Assembly: GCA_050745425.1 (NCBI GenBank)
Contig: JBOGKK010000014.1
Location: 1 to 46,176 of the forward strand
Reading direction: 5' to 3'
Length of the DNA: 46,176 bases
Origin: Terriglobales bacterium
GTDB taxonomy: Bacteria; Acidobacteriota; Terriglobia; Terriglobales; SCQP01
The notes beneath the pieces are model-generated. The model did not search any database and had not been told where the DNA came from. It saw nothing but the letters and a program-made list of their open reading frames with translations. This document shows positions 46,100 to 46,176 of this stretch, in pieces. The number at the start of each line of letters is the position of its first letter. Position 1 is the stretch's first letter. A program made the translations under genes and the position numbers.

Positions 46100-46134
46100 A
46101 AAACAAAACCCCCGCCCGGTCTCCCGGGCGGGGG
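46100..46134 (-). terminator. rho-independent terminator for a minus-strand gene ending at the right window edge
   Basis: An 11-bp GC stem CCCCCGCCCGG(46109-19)/CCGGGCGGGGG(46124-34) with a 4-nt loop. On the minus strand it is followed by TTTTGTTTTG (46100-46108 and beyond). A minus-strand TAG lies at 46164-46166. Confidence 0.65.
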
Positions 46135-46176
46135 TGCTCGCTGATAACAGCCAGGCGATCCAGCTACACGCTTACC

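Noticed and set aside
1-46176. Search by eye for CRISPR arrays, IS/transposase, integrase, prophage or toxin-antitoxin or defence cassettes
   Set aside because: No direct-repeat/spacer array was found, no DDE/tyrosine recombinase motifs appear in any long ORF, and there is no compositional island. The PIN domain present belongs to the housekeeping YacL-type PIN-TRAM protein next to ispD.

Overview
High-GC (about 65%) bacterial chromosomal segment. The content looks Acidobacteriota-like: an 'acidobacterial duplicated orphan permease' type FtsX protein and many weak or absent Shine-Dalgarno sites. About 46 genes are tightly packed, and most are housekeeping. These include glgC (partial), folE, truA, glnE, icd, mdh, tpx, sdhCAB, ispD, ruvX, purH, msrA and lhgO. 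There are also envelope and secreted proteins: a BNR/Ig giant protein, a TolC-like protein, a cyclophilin, and M16 and M50 peptidases.

No CRISPR array, transposase, integrase or phage genes were seen.

Four observations stand out:
1. A selenocysteine tRNA (selC, 13012-13106, minus strand) lies hidden under the 5' extension of the glnE ORF.
2. An AhpD/carboxymuconolactone-decarboxylase-family gene (39338-39874) is split in the ORF track by an in-frame TGA exactly at the second Cys of the C-x-x-C redox motif, with a SECIS-like hairpin 13 nt downstream. It is most likely a selenoprotein. It is translationally coupled to an RsbW/RsbV-type partner-switching pair upstream and followed 9 nt downstream by msrA.
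3. A compact orphan carrier-protein cluster (32411-38330) has no PKS/NRPS partner in the window. It comprises a stand-alone ACP/PCP, an acyl-CoA-dehydrogenase-like flavoenzyme, a stand-alone adenylation enzyme, a three-part methyltransferase fusion and an APH-family kinase.
4. A 122-nt nested inverted repeat lies between convergent permease and TolC genes.

All functional calls rest on motifs read by eye from the translations. No database search was possible.
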